Source: Raillietiella orientalis (taxonomy: Eukaryota). Taken from it: DNA of 64,000 nucleotides. This document shows positions 41,001 to 52,826 of the stretch, piece after piece. The notes beneath the pieces are model-generated. The model was not told the DNA's origin. It saw only the letters and a program-made list of their open reading frames with translations, and did no database searches. Position 1 is the first letter of the stretch; each line of letters begins with the position of its first letter. Location: contig JAYWIR010000014.1 in assembly GCA_036172245.1 (NCBI GenBank), positions 3,472,001-3,536,000 of the forward strand. Direction: 5' to 3'. The position numbers and the translations under genes are program-made.

Positions 41001-44000
41001 CCCGAAGAGAGGTAGAAGTCCACCGTGCGGTTCTGGAAGATCGTGGGTTCCCTGTTGAAGTTCAGGAAGGAGGGGAGAAAGAGTTCTCGGGAGCGGAGAT
41101 CGCGATCATCATCAGCCATCCCATCGCCCCTTCGATCAGGAGAGGACACTGCCTTTCCCACCTTCGTGTTTACCCTCAAAACGGCTCCTCGAAGCGGAAG
41201 CAGGAGAGAAAGAAGGCGACGAGGAGTAAGCTGAGAGCACTGCAGTCGTGGCGGCGTCATGGAAACGCGTCAGTACCTTTGCGGCCTTCGACGAGGATGT
41301 AGCTCTTTCGCTACTCTTCCTGGTTGGACCCTCTTGAAAATGGGTGTTCCGATTAGTCGAGGTGAAAGGCAGGGAATGTTTCACCATTCCCAGGTTTCAC
41401 CTAGCACCTTGGGTGGGCGGAGTTGGGAATACGAGGGAGAGAGGGAGCATCCGGAGGACCAAGCATGGTGGGAAGGGATGGAAGCTTCCCGTGGGCAGGC
41501 AATCGTGATCGAGAGGGCAGCGGTTCAAACCCTGGCTGGTTTGCGCCTCTACCGAGGTCAGTGCTCGAGGTCATCCTCCTGTCGAGAAGGGGAGGGGAAT
41601 CACTTCGCACATTCCTGCTTCCTCGGGCGCTAACAGGCAGGGCGGTGAGTTGTATAAGGAGAGGGAGAGGTTGTGGTGACAGCGACGAATGAGAGCCCTA
41701 GGAGATGCGAGATGCGACCGAGAAACAAGGACCGCTTCGAAAGCAAGGATCCCAAGGAGTGAGAGATGACAACTAAACCGTCTAAATCTCTTCCAGTGAG
41801 GAACCTCCGAAGAGGAGGAGGAGAAGGAGGGAAGATCCACTGCTTCGAAAGGTCGACAGGAGAAGGGGGTGAAGGACAGAGGACGCTCATCCCAGTTTAG
41901 GCCGCTTTTGCCTCTGTAATTGGGACCTATGTGAATAAGCGCCTAATCCCTGGAGACGCCCGGGAGCTTCTTCCGAATAAGCGTTTTTGATGGAGGTTCC
42001 GGGAGCCCATCGTGGCAGCTCTGCAAGCGAGCATTCCGTAGAAGTGCCTCGAGAGCTGAGCACGGAATCTCGAAGATCCTCAGGCACCTTTCCCGTATGA
42101 TTCCGTATTACTGCGCCCCAGGGGACTTTCTGGAGACGATCTCCATCAGAAATCCGTGAAGCCACGATGGTGGGAGAGACAGAAAGGTCCTCCCAAGGGC
42201 ACGGAAACGACCGTTTCCATAGGGACGAGATCCCGAGATCGGAAGCGGACTTTCCTGGTCACCTTTTTCCGATACTGAGGGACCTGAGATCCCGCAACTG
42301 GGAATCTGTAATCTCTTGCGGATCCATGCACATCTGGTCTCCGGAAGTGCGTCTCTCGCAACAAATCCTCCATCTCCAAGGTTGGGAGGAATCTCGTTTC
42401 GGTAGTGCCTTCGCTCCACTTGCAAAGAAACGAGCGATATGGACCAGCAGCCGAATCGCTCCGAGTCCCATCTCGGCCTATCCCTGCCAGAAGATTCGGA
42501 CGAAACACGCACTCCGGCAAGTCTCAGCTCTAAGGAGAGCGCGGATCGGGCCTAGCGGCCGTTGTCACGGCAGCCACTGCAGCATGGACTCCAAGAATAC
42601 ATGGAGTGGTAGGAGAAGGAGGGCAAACAGCCGTTTTCCGGAGAGACTTGCATCCTTCTCTGAGAGAGACCCGGTGATAGGAAGGGAACAGAAAGGAATC
42701 GGAGACGTTTCCAAGGTTACAAAGAGGCTCAAGAAATACTCCATCAGCAGGTGAATCTCGTCCCCTGGCAGCTTCCCTGCATTCTGAGAGAGACGAACAT
42801 GCCTTCGCGCCACTCCTGCGTCTTTATGATAAGAAGAAGAAGAGAAAGAAACGGTTTCACGTCCTTCTCTCCCTAGAAACCATATCTGTTGCTGCCAGCC
42901 AAACGATTGGTTGGCAGGATCCGAATGAACAACGAGTTGCAGCAACGAGGGTCATTGATGCCACAGAGGGTCAGCTTACCACGGAGAGCTCATCTATGAA
43001 GAAGTCATCTTCTTCTACGTCTGAATACAAGGCTGAGTGGTGGTTAAGTTGAGGTTCCTGAGCAGTGTGGTAGTCGTAGCTCAAGATGTTCATGAAATCC
43101 AGGTTCCTGAAATTGGAGGACACAGCTGCTGTGCTGTCCGGCCATGGTAGTGGGAGATTTACTTGGTCAGGCTTTCCAGTTCGTATCCTTTCCGAATATA
43201 CTCTTCCCCTGCCGGAACCGCCATAGTCAGGAGCCAGTTTCTTCTCCCTTTGGATTGCACGCGTTCGTTATCGAAGGCAAGCCGCAACTCCTGAAGTTTT
43301 CATTTGCGTCACGAGTCCCGCGTGGCAGGGGGAGGTGCGCGGAAGACGGTGAAACTCACCGCGACGAGCTTCGCGTAATTCTCCTTGTCTTCTGGTTGAC
43401 TGCCCTCCCTGAAAGCAGGATACTCCCAGTCCAGATCCAGACCATCGAAGCGGTTGGTCTTGAGGAACTTCACCGCGCTGCGGATGAAAGTCTCGCGGCT
43501 GCTTTCGTCCTGCACTAATAGCGACCATCGTTGGGAGCCTTCGTTCCAGCCTCCGACCGCTATGAGAAGCTTCAGCTTTGGGTTGTAGCTTCTCAGGGCC
43601 ACGAACTTGGCATATCCACCTGCGTTCAGAAAAGTCTACCTCCCCTAGAAACGATGGCTGCTGCCCGCCGCCAGCCTCACCCAAATCCACGTCTTGGTAC
43701 TTGTCAAAATAATCCAGCTCGAAGTCGCCGTTCATCCCCGCGAACGCGTATATCAGGTGCGTGCATAAGAAAGGGTTGATGTTCTGAGCAACGAACTTTC
43801 CAATTCCTTGTCTATACACCGACCAGTTCGTGTAGTAGCAGACGATCCGCTTTTCCGTTTTTTCTGCAGAAGAGCTGACTGAAAGGAAAAGCCACCATGA
43901 TCAGAGTTTTGCTTGGAGGATGCTGAAAGGTTTGCTATAAGCAAAACCAGAAAAGTTAAGAAACAGCGCTCAAGAACTTTTATCTTTTCGCAAGAACCAC

Positions 44001-47000
44001 CGTGCTGCATTTCTTTGCACAAACTAATCTGGGCGAGCATTCGCGATTTCCCACGCACGTGGTGCATTCTCTTTTGCAGTTCTTCATGTCTTCTACCATG
44101 TCCTATTGTCTAATAGGGATCCAGTAGTCAACCGGTGTAATGGGAAGAGGAGAAATATCGATTGGACGTGGGGATCTCACGTAAACCAGGAACGACGCGT
44201 GCGAGTCTGGGCTGGCGATAATCCAGACTAGGGAGGGCACTTCGCGCGATTCCTACAGCATCATTGGGTCCCCAGAACGGTCGGTGCTCTTTAAGAGCTT
44301 GAGGCTCTATCCACCCTAGGGAGAGTGGGAGATTCCAGGAACGTCTGAGAAACAGTTCTCTTTTTATTGAGAACGGAGGGATGACACAGAACAAAGGGAA
44401 CGGGGTACTTGCGATCGTCGTTGGATGACATCAGTTAGATCTTGGATGGTGTCCTCTAACACCCAAGATAGCCGCGACATTTACCGGATGCCCCGGGCAA
44501 GACAACTGCTTAGGGTCCGAGAGAACGTCTGAATAGTCGAGACTCCGGAAGACTCCCCAAAAGATCATTAACTTTTACACGCGTTCAAAGTCGGAAATCG
44601 AGCAAACGGATTTGGCTCAACCTGGAAACCCCTTGGTTCCGAGTGACGTCATGCTGAGAGTTTTAACGGCAGACAAAGTCCTCATTCGTGACAGATAACT
44701 CAATTGGGCAGTTATCCGGACGTTCCCTTTTGAGTCTAATCTTCGGTGCAAGACTCACGTGTTCTTGATTAATCCTTGGGTACTGTGTTGACTCGATGAT
44801 CCGACAGGCCAACAGTATCGGTTAATTGACTTCTTGCTAGAAGATCACCAGCTCATGGAGCATCGTAAAGTTTTGAGGAGGAGAGAGGGCTTCCCTACTA
44901 GCACGCATGGGAATGCGTTATCCAATGGTGGACCGTACATGCTCTCCACTTAACAAGATGACTCACGAAGTATTTTTTTTCTCAATGAACAGTCGTGATT
45001 TCGATAATGGAACGGACGACGACCCAGGCACGAAAAATCCCCACACAGGTATGTAAAATTCCTTCAGCACATTCCTCTGCTCTTAAACCAGCTGCCTGGA
45101 TCTCTCTCCAAGAGGAAACGTTTCAGATTAACAGAGATTCCAGGATAGCTCCACGTGCATCCCGAACAGATACTCCAATGTAGTTATTCGAGTGCACTCA
45201 TGACACTGTTCTGATTTCGCGGAGATTCTCCGAGCAGTGCGATCCCCTAAACGGCACTCATGTAGGGCATAGTACCACCGAAGGATTCGAAAAGTGGTAA
45301 GAATGAAATTTATCGTCGATGAAAAAGGAGATCGGTTCTGCTGGATCAGTCAGCCTTCAAAATAGCACCGAGCACCTACTTGTCCGCATTTTCGGGAAAA
45401 CTCTTTGCAAGAACAGTGTGGTGAAAAAAACTCCGGCGCCAGAGGCCTTCGGGAAGCACGAGTCCGCCGAACTGACTCTCGAAAAGATGCGACCGTCGTT
45501 TCCAAAGCACGAGAGCATCCGTCGACCACTTAACACCGCCGACTTCATCCCAGACCGTCGTGAGAGTCTAATTTTGCACCCGTGGACTCGCCATTGACGA
45601 CAGCGAAGTTCAAGATCGAGATTCTGGACCTGGGATGGAGTTTGGCTCGGCGAGATAATCGTTCTCGGAAGGCGCCAAGTTTACAGAACGGAAGGAGCGA
45701 AAGCTGCCTTCGAGATCTGGCGCGGAAGGCGAAAGGACCAGCCTTGCACCTACAGCGACGCTGATGGCGTTCAACTTGCCAGAACAGGAAAGAAGAGGGC
45801 AGAAAAAGTCCGACTCAAAAATGTGAAAGAAAGTCCATGCAGTCTACGTGCACTTTATGCCCACTGCGTCACACATGCAGACTGGGACTCTCTCTTTTGA
45901 AGTTGACCTATAAATGGCGGAACGTGAGCTCCCCACGGTGCCGCCGCCGATTCTGAGTGAAACTCCTCCTTGATCCCCCATTTTCGCGCGGGGAGAAGCT
46001 CCAGAGCGATTCGGCGACTTGCCACGTCGAAACCCATCAAGGACTGACAGCTCTCGAGACGGCCGTCCAGCTTGAATGACGATGCCTCCTGTGGTGTGGA
46101 TACTGGGAGAAGGGCAAGTGGATGTTTCTGAACAGGAGCGAAGCGAAAACATGGATGAAAGCAAAACAAAGACATGAAATGGAACTCGGTAATGGAGAAG
46201 ACCGACGTTTCTTCGATTTGGAACTGCAGGAAAAGATCGTCGGCCCTCCTTGGAATGTCCTCATCTCTGCAGTTTTTCAGCTTAACCGCCTCGGAGTCTT
46301 CTGACGATCCAAAGGTAGCAAAGAAATTGAGATCAGCGCTGTGACTTCGCCGATGAAAGTCACGTCACGTCATCCCTTTCATCCCTTCTGGATGCGAAGG
46401 GCCAAGCGTATCCAGGATCACGGATAATTTTGCATGTAAAGCAACTGATCAAGAGTTAAATCATCCATTTTGCGCACTGCGTTCTCTCTTCCAGGTCTTT
46501 TTCAATGGAGTCATGGACGCCACCCTTAGAACCGGCAGTGATGAGCAGCAGCAAACAAAGGCAAATCTTTACTCTTCGCATCCTTGTTTGGGGAACCTCG
46601 AAAGCCCTTTATTCAGACATGGCCCCCAGGAAGACTGGGAACTTTCCACCGGAGAGTGCCCTCGTCCAGACCGTGGCCTTCCCGAAGTCCGGTCCGGCGT
46701 AAGGACCGCCGAGGCACCCGTTCCGCCGTGTGAAAGTAGGGGGAGAGGAGACAGAGAGAGAGGTACGCACAGGAGCTCCCGGGAGGGAACCAGGAGAGCC
46801 TTCTGAACGACAGGTGGACTGCAGCAGCACACGCGCAGCCAGAGTTCCCGGTTTCAAGATTAGGGTGCGGGGAGGTAAATCTGAAGCCAACGCTGAGGAT
46901 GGGACCCACATGCTGCTCGCGAGAGACCTTATTCCTCCGACCGGAGCGAGGAGATGCGGCTCTGCCTGTCCTCCTCTCGTCACCGGGCGACGGGCAGACC

Positions 47001-50000
47001 AGTGCTCCGTCGAGGCCAACACCCAGGGGCGACTTCCTCCTAGGAGATCCACATCTTCTAGGAGACCGCTTCGCAATAAGGCGTAGACGTCATTTTCCCC
47101 CATCTCGGGTCATTTTAATTTCGGCCGGAGAATCACCTGGAGCGGATGTGACCTTGGCGACGCGCGAGCTTTCTGCCGTCGTTGTCGTCATCGTGGTTGC
47201 AAATCGCTTCTCGGCCTTTTGGCTAAGATCAAAGTGCAAACGGGCTCTAGAGGTGCGTGCACTCCCCTCCCCCCCCGCCCGCCACCTTTCCGCAGTCGCC
47301 ATCTTCCGGAAGGGGGCGGAGAGTCCATCCTTAACCCCTCTCCCGCATTCTCTCTTACGAGTCTGCGTGCGCACACCGATGCGAGCTGAACCTCAGTGGA
47401 CCCTACACAGAAGAAGAAGGGTAGGCGAGGAGGGGGAGGGGGAACTGGCCAACCAAGAGCGCTTAGTAAAGGGGCAGCAAGGACCCTGGAAAAACTCCTT
47501 GGGAGAATTTAAACTGAGTGGGTTGCCGCGGAAACCTTTCTCCGTGTTTTGGCAGTAGCTGCCTCGTCAGTCGGCTAGCTGGCCGAACGGCATGCCTGAC
47601 GGTCCAGTCCAGCTATCGAGCTGCTGGCTTCCCCCCTCCCCCCCCCAGCCCTACCCACTCACTTTCACTCAGTGCACCTCGAGGCGTTGCTTTCAATTTT
47701 TCTTTTTTTCCCTCCTCTTTTTTTCAGAGGGGGAGAAGGGAGAGAGAAGGATGTGGAGGTTGGCCTTTCTCTCTTCTCCCCCCGCCTCCCCTGCTTCGTT
47801 CGAAAAGGCGACCCTGCTTGAGGAGTTGCGTCTGAAGCCGAGGAACGCCCGCATCTTCCACCAAAGGAAGCAAGAGAGGCCAAGGCAAAGGAGTCCGGAT
47901 CCGAATCTTCTCTGGTTCCACCAGGATAGGGAAGAAGCGGACGCGCGGCGGCATGACCAGGAACGGTTCCCAGAGCTCTCCCTCTCTCTCTCGCTTGCGT
48001 GCGAGTGAGAAAGAAAGAAAGAGAAGGAAGGCGCTTTTGCCCCAGAACGCTCCCCCTCCCCCAAACTGTCCTACCAAACTCGGTCGCGAGAGGAGCAGCG
48101 ATGTTCGTGGATCGCGAGCGCGCACTGCCCGCGTCGCCTATCCACCCTGTGCGCCCTCATCTTTCCCTCTTTCTCGCTATAGCGCCGCTGCCTCGAGATG
48201 AGGTCGGATGAGGAGAAGGTCTCACGACGGAAATGCGGAAGCGGGGGCGGCGATCCCGGGGACGCTGCTGTTGCAACAATCGAAGAGACCCCGGTTCGCG
48301 AGGATGTCAGCTCGCGGGAGCCAACCACGAACAAGAGCTTCCGAGAGTGACCCCATCCGACCCCGAGGCTGCAAGTGCACACCGAGGGCAACCTGGACTT
48401 TGGAACCGTGGTGCCGCCGCCGCCGCTCGCTCTCTCGGGAGAGGAAGAGAACGACTAGTGTCCGAGATTTCGAAGACCCGAGTCGAAAGTTCGAGAGGAA
48501 AAGAGAAGCGCAAGGTGGCTCCGAGGCTAGAGAGAAGCGCGCCCACGCAAGCGCCACGAGGAGAGAGGGAGAGGCAGATCCCACAAAAAAAAAAAGGCGC
48601 AAGAGGAGGAGGAGAAGAGCTCCGCCTTCGATGTTGCGGAATCTCCATATCGGAGGATGATGAGGACCGCGCGCAATTAAGGGAAACGGGAAGATGGACG
48701 CCTGGGAACGAAGCCGCATGTCCGCCCGGAGGCGGTGGCACCGAGCGCCGACCCCCGACGTGCCCATCTTCGCGCTTCCGCTCCTTGCGGAATCTCGGTC
48801 AGGTGCCGGCTTGCCGTCGGCGCAGGTGGCTGAACATCAAGCAGCTCCGAGAGTATTCACGGTCCAATCCCCTCGATCTCAGCGCGCCGAATTCCTGGGA
48901 GCCCTGAAATTTCGAACGTGTCCGGCCACCAGGTTCCCCGGGATACTTTGCACCGCCGACTGATCCTTCCGGTCCGCACTCTCCGCTTCCCTGTCTTCAT
49001 CGCGTATCCACCTCTGCGTCTGGACCAACGCGATCAACGCGGCAACCGAGATCCTTACCGCTCGGAATGAGCACCACTCCTGGACCCGTGCCCAGTACAA
49101 CGTTACGCCATGGATGTACCAGGCTCCGTACAATCCTCATGTTGTACATGAACACAGGAACTTGCTGATTTTTTTTTTTGTATGACTGGAGAAAGATGAA
49201 AATGATTTCATTGCCATCTGCCACCCACGCTCGTTCGCCCCGAACTCCGCATCCATCTTTGGAACGAACTTTGCTTTTTGGAACTCGCCATCTCCTCTTG
49301 CAAAGTTCGAGTGTCGCTTTCTGCTGGACAGGAAAATGCGTCCTGTTTCCCTATCAGCGACCACTGAACTCAAATTTCTCCTGACTGCCTCCCAGAGCAA
49401 AAAAAAAATGCCGTTCGTTGATCCCACCCACCCGGTTTGACTCCTCGGTCTCCATGGCTCCCGCAGAGGAAGAATGGATGGCTTCCATTCCATCTCATCG
49501 ATTCGCTCTCCTAGAAGAAGATACTGCCTGTAGGATGTGTTCCTGCTCCACGGCCGATGCCCCAGGCGATTGGTTTCGGAAGATTCCACGGCAAGGGTAG
49601 CTCCTTCCCGATGTGTTCCTCTTGGTTCCTCGAAATCCTGAGCTCTCTCCACACTGTATATCGTTCCCTGAATCCTGGGATCCCAAGCAGCGAGCGCTCA
49701 CGTTCGCAGACGGTGGCCGAAAAGTCGAGAATCAGCTGCTTGCACCCGCCTCTCTTCCCTGAGCCCCGTTTCCTACGAAGCGTCCGAAGAAGTTCGAAAG
49801 GCGATACTTAGCATGGCAACTTGTCCTCCCTGCAGTGCCAGGTCGGGTCGAGTGGGGGATCGACCCCGGGCTGACTGCAGGCTACCACCTCCCAAGTAGC
49901 CTTCTGGACGCGCGCAGCTGTCCCTTCGTGTCTCAGTGAGATCGGAGGGTGGCTGCAGGCGCAGTGATCCGGGATGCGAGCGAACGACTTCCTCCCATGC

Positions 50001-51989
50001 CATGCCCTTCCGACATGCCCCACCTGCACCACGTTCCTGGACCAACCTCCTGCTGCAGGCATTCCGGCAGTAGGCGTCGATTCCTTCGGTTCCTGCTCCC
50101 AACTTCCTGTGCGCTCCACTGCCATCGCATGCCAGCGCAGAGATGACCGACCCTTCCTGGCGTCGTACTTCTGGTCGCCCAGAAGGCGGCTCCGTTCCCT
50201 CCTCCAGGTGACCGCTGTTTGGCATTGGCACTCCCACGGGGAATAATCTGCAGGCGCAAGAGCAAGAGGAATCGTCCCATCCCGCTGTTCGGGAAGAGGG
50301 CTGTGTGGTCGGCACCACCGAACCTCAGCAATGAGGAAGCTTTGCGTTCCGTGCGAGAGGAGTTCTGTCCGCCACTGCTAGCGCGGGTCATCCAGGACGT
50401 AGACCACGCGCCCTCCACGCGATTCGTCGTGCGTTCCGGCAGCATCGGCTGCCATTGGAGGCTTCGGCATCCGGTGCTGCGGAAACGGAAGCGACCTTGA
50501 TCTCGGAGGTGCACCGCGAAACGGGAAGTCCCTTGCAGCCGGACGAAGCGAGAGGATCCTTCAGCTGGAAGTGACGGTGAGCGCCGAAGAAAAGGAAAAG
50601 CCGTCTCCGTGGGGGTTCGTGGTCTCTCGGCCTCGGATCCCTCTTCCAGCTAGAATCCCGGAACGAGTCACACCCTTGGCGCGAGAGGGAAAGGGAAGGG
50701 GAGCGCTTCCGTGCTTCCTTAGGGCAGCATCTTCTCTAAGAGGTCCAAGAGTCACCAGGTTTACCCCACTTGGAAGATGAGTTTGCTTCTTGGTAGGATA
50801 CCTGCTGCCTGGGGAACTCTTTGGCGACAGCAGAAGCAGCATGGAGTCCCTAAGCTCCGGAGGAAAAACTCAGCCCTGCCCTTTCCTCCGGTTTGCGTCC
50901 ATTCCCTGCGTTGCTGCGTGTCTTTGGGGGAAGGCAGCTTCCGATGGGAGGGCCTTCGCCCCGCAAACGCAACCAGGCACCTCGACGGAGGATACAGAGC
51001 ACCATCGGCGTGCTACCACACAGAATTCTCATCGACCACCATCTTTTCTCATCGCCAGAATTCCGCCGGTCGGCTGGGGGAGTGCCTAAGACCCCTCGCG
51101 CCAACAGTTCGCTTCCCCGATCCCCTTCGAGGCTTTCAGAGGGGCGGCGCCATACGACGATGAATGCCCTCGTCAAGAGCTCCGGAGGGTGTCGCAGCTG
51201 GACCAACAACCCCTCAAGTGGAAGAAGTCTCCAAAAGAATCCCCCACGAGGAAGAAGACAGAGTTTTGGCTATGGAAGTGCCTTCTTTGAGGGAAGCGGA
51301 TGTTTTCGTGCGCAATCTTCTCAGAACATTAAACACACTATTTTGTTTCCACGCCCCTCCTCTAGAAGACGATCGTATCAACCTTGGAGACTGCGGAGCG
51401 GACCCGTCATCCGAATGGGCGGATGCAGGCAGGAGCATTTGATGAGAGAGGTCAGTGGCATGGCAAGCAGGAAGGATCCTCAGGATAAGAAGGGAGATAG
51501 TGGGATTCGTAACCATGGCAGGAGCGAGGGATCGACCACAGAAAAGCCACATCACAAGAGCTGGTGGATGGACGCAAGGACCGGAGGGTTCCATCTTCCT
51601 GCATCCGTCCCGTATTCGAGTGCGACCTTGAAGCAAAGGGAAGAGATTGGATCGGGGCATCCTTAGACCACAGGTGCTCTTCCCTCCCCCCCTCCTCCAT
51701 CCCCTTCTGCTCATTCGCAGCACACCCATCGATCCCTCTGGCTCAGTAAGTGTGCTTCTGTCCATCCACCTGTCTTCCCATCTATTGATCTTCCTAGCCT
51801 TTATCTTTCTATCCATCCCTCTGCCTTTCGCCCCTCGATACTCGGGTAGTTGTCCACGAGTTATTCGGTCGGAAATCCGGCAGACAATGGGGTGAGGTGG
51901 GGAGCAGTTGCTGTGAACCAATAGAAAAGAGGCTTACCGCAAGAGCAAAGGAAGGCACACACCACCATCCACAGTGGCATCTTATTCAT
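29051..51989 (-). CDS. Cht6: Group VI chitinase (Cht6-like): signal peptide, GH18, CBM14, long S/T/R-rich linker, C-terminal CBM14
   Basis: Clear exons: 51989-51938 (MNKMPLWMVVCAFLCSC), 43878-43681 (KRIVCYYTNWSVYR..QNINPFLCTHLIYAF), 43619-43360 (FDGLDLDWEYP, intact DxxDxDxE), 43290-43163, 43106-42980, 41032-40847, 40792-40667, 40412-40249 (GGIMFWSLDSDDFRG), 40186-39825, 38163-38050 (CBM14 first half), 32821-32719, ~31911-31739 (KYVSIERKR), ~31212-31094 (YVNIRRRRP), ~29668-29051 (FRCSSQGLFPHPSSCKHFIFC..CPANLVFDPIGNMCNW). Linker exons between 39.8 and 29.7 kb are only partly resolved. AATAAA lies at 29031-29026. Confidence 0.9.
33450..35100 (-). mobile_element. Decayed Penelope-like retroelement (RT + GIY-YIG) in a chitinase intron
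   Basis: Degenerate minus-strand motifs in Penelope order: RPIL (~35020), VLRNSY (~34745), RVDDVLAV (~34580; YVDD-like), NGSL, HNFRKS, then RCGTC (~33745) and ACTK..GQT (~33575; CxxC..YxGQT-like). Many frameshifts. Confidence 0.5.
36000..37200 (-). mobile_element. Possible highly degraded non-LTR (LINE) reverse transcriptase fragment
   Basis: Faint minus-strand traces in RT order: KY..PFCVLNT (~36680; YRPISLLN-like), AIDF (~36595) and KICAY(G*) (~36330; AYADD-like). No intact ORF. Confidence 0.3.
39575..39611. repeat. Compound (TA)n(TG)n microsatellite
   Basis: GTATATGTATATATATATGTGTGTGTGTGTGTGTGTG is directly visible. Confidence 0.9.
47203..47236 (+). pseudogene. U2: U2 snRNA 5' fragment (nt 1-34)
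   Basis: ATCGCTTCTCGGCCTTTTGGCTAAGATCAAAGTG matches the metazoan U2 5' end. Similarity stops within the branch-point recognition sequence. TGCAA(A) is repeated on both sides. Confidence 0.9.
47542..47590 (-). ncRNA. Degenerate hammerhead-ribozyme-like motif (type III topology)
   Basis: The minus strand reads CCGT-TCGGC-cagcta-GCCGA-CTGACGA-GGCAG-cta-CTGCC-AAAAC-ACGG: three helices around a CUGANGA core. The GAAA box is AAAA and the GUH cleavage triplet is absent. Confidence 0.5.
49400..50520 (-). mobile_element. Decayed Ty3/Gypsy-like pol fragment (RNase H + integrase) in the chitinase intron after the ATG exon
   Basis: Minus-strand traces in Gypsy order: FGGADHTAL (TDH.AL-like), LRLQIIPRGSANA (LQ..I..PG..N), GHL..RWQW..GIDAYCRNAC/PECLQ (HHCC-like), WCRWGM (W..WG.D-like) and ETNRL..QYL..W (PQTNG..ER-like). 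Frameshifted; no LTRs recognised. Confidence 0.4.
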
Positions 51990-52826
51990 CTAGAAAAATA
52001 AAGATGGGTTACTGCTTGGCACGGCACCAGCTGGAACTTTAATTGCACCGGAGAGCAACTCGGTTGCTAGGGAGGGAATCGATCGTCGTCAGGGAGCGAG
52101 GACCACCACCATTCACAACCACGAGAGCACGCCTGCGCGAGAACTGTGAACAGGAGGTTGAGGGGAGGAGAGAGAAAGGGGTCTGTGGGGGGTCGTTCCT
52201 GGGGATCCCAGAGATCTCGGGCAGCACGTCCGCGCTCCGGAAGCCTCGGAAATCACCGGCATTCCCGACTGTGCAGGCGGACCGAGGTGGGTGGGGGAGA
52301 GAACTCGGGGGCGGGCAGGAGGGAGGGAGGGAGCTCTCACAGCACCTTCCTCCCGCCGGTTCGCTCCTTTCTCGGGATCGGACGAAGAGCAGGAGGAAGG
52401 AGGAGGAGAGGAGGAGGAGGAGACAGGAGAGAGAAACGGCGGACAGGGAACCTAGGGAGGAGGCGCGAGAGGGGGGGGAGGTTTCGACCCCGGGGAGCAC
52501 ACGTCTGGAACAACATCAGCGACGGCGAACCGCGCGAGCCGCTGCGCCGTCCGAGCGGCGCGCGAGAAAGGCGGCTGCAGCAGGCAGGCAGCGGGCGGCC
52601 CGCCCCACCACCCGTCGTTTTTGTCGACGTCTGCGGAGAGGAAGGGCGGGTTGGGGGGGGGGAGGGAGAGCTGCCCATCTTTTCAATACGATAGGAAACC
52701 TACCAATTCGTGCTCCGGTACCCCCCGTCCCCCTTCTCCCACAAGGCCTCGCCTGCCTTTTTCCCCTCCCTTTCCTCGCTGTCCTGGAAACGGCGTCACC
52801 GGGTCAAACGCTGGGTGAGGGGAAAT

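Noticed and set aside
43879..44010. Apparent signal peptide (CFLTFLVLLIANLSA) joined to GH18 through a 17- or 32-nt intron
   Set aside because: The donor (GTGGCT) is weak and the intron implausibly short. Exon 51989-51938 supplies a signal peptide with a consensus donor in the right phase.
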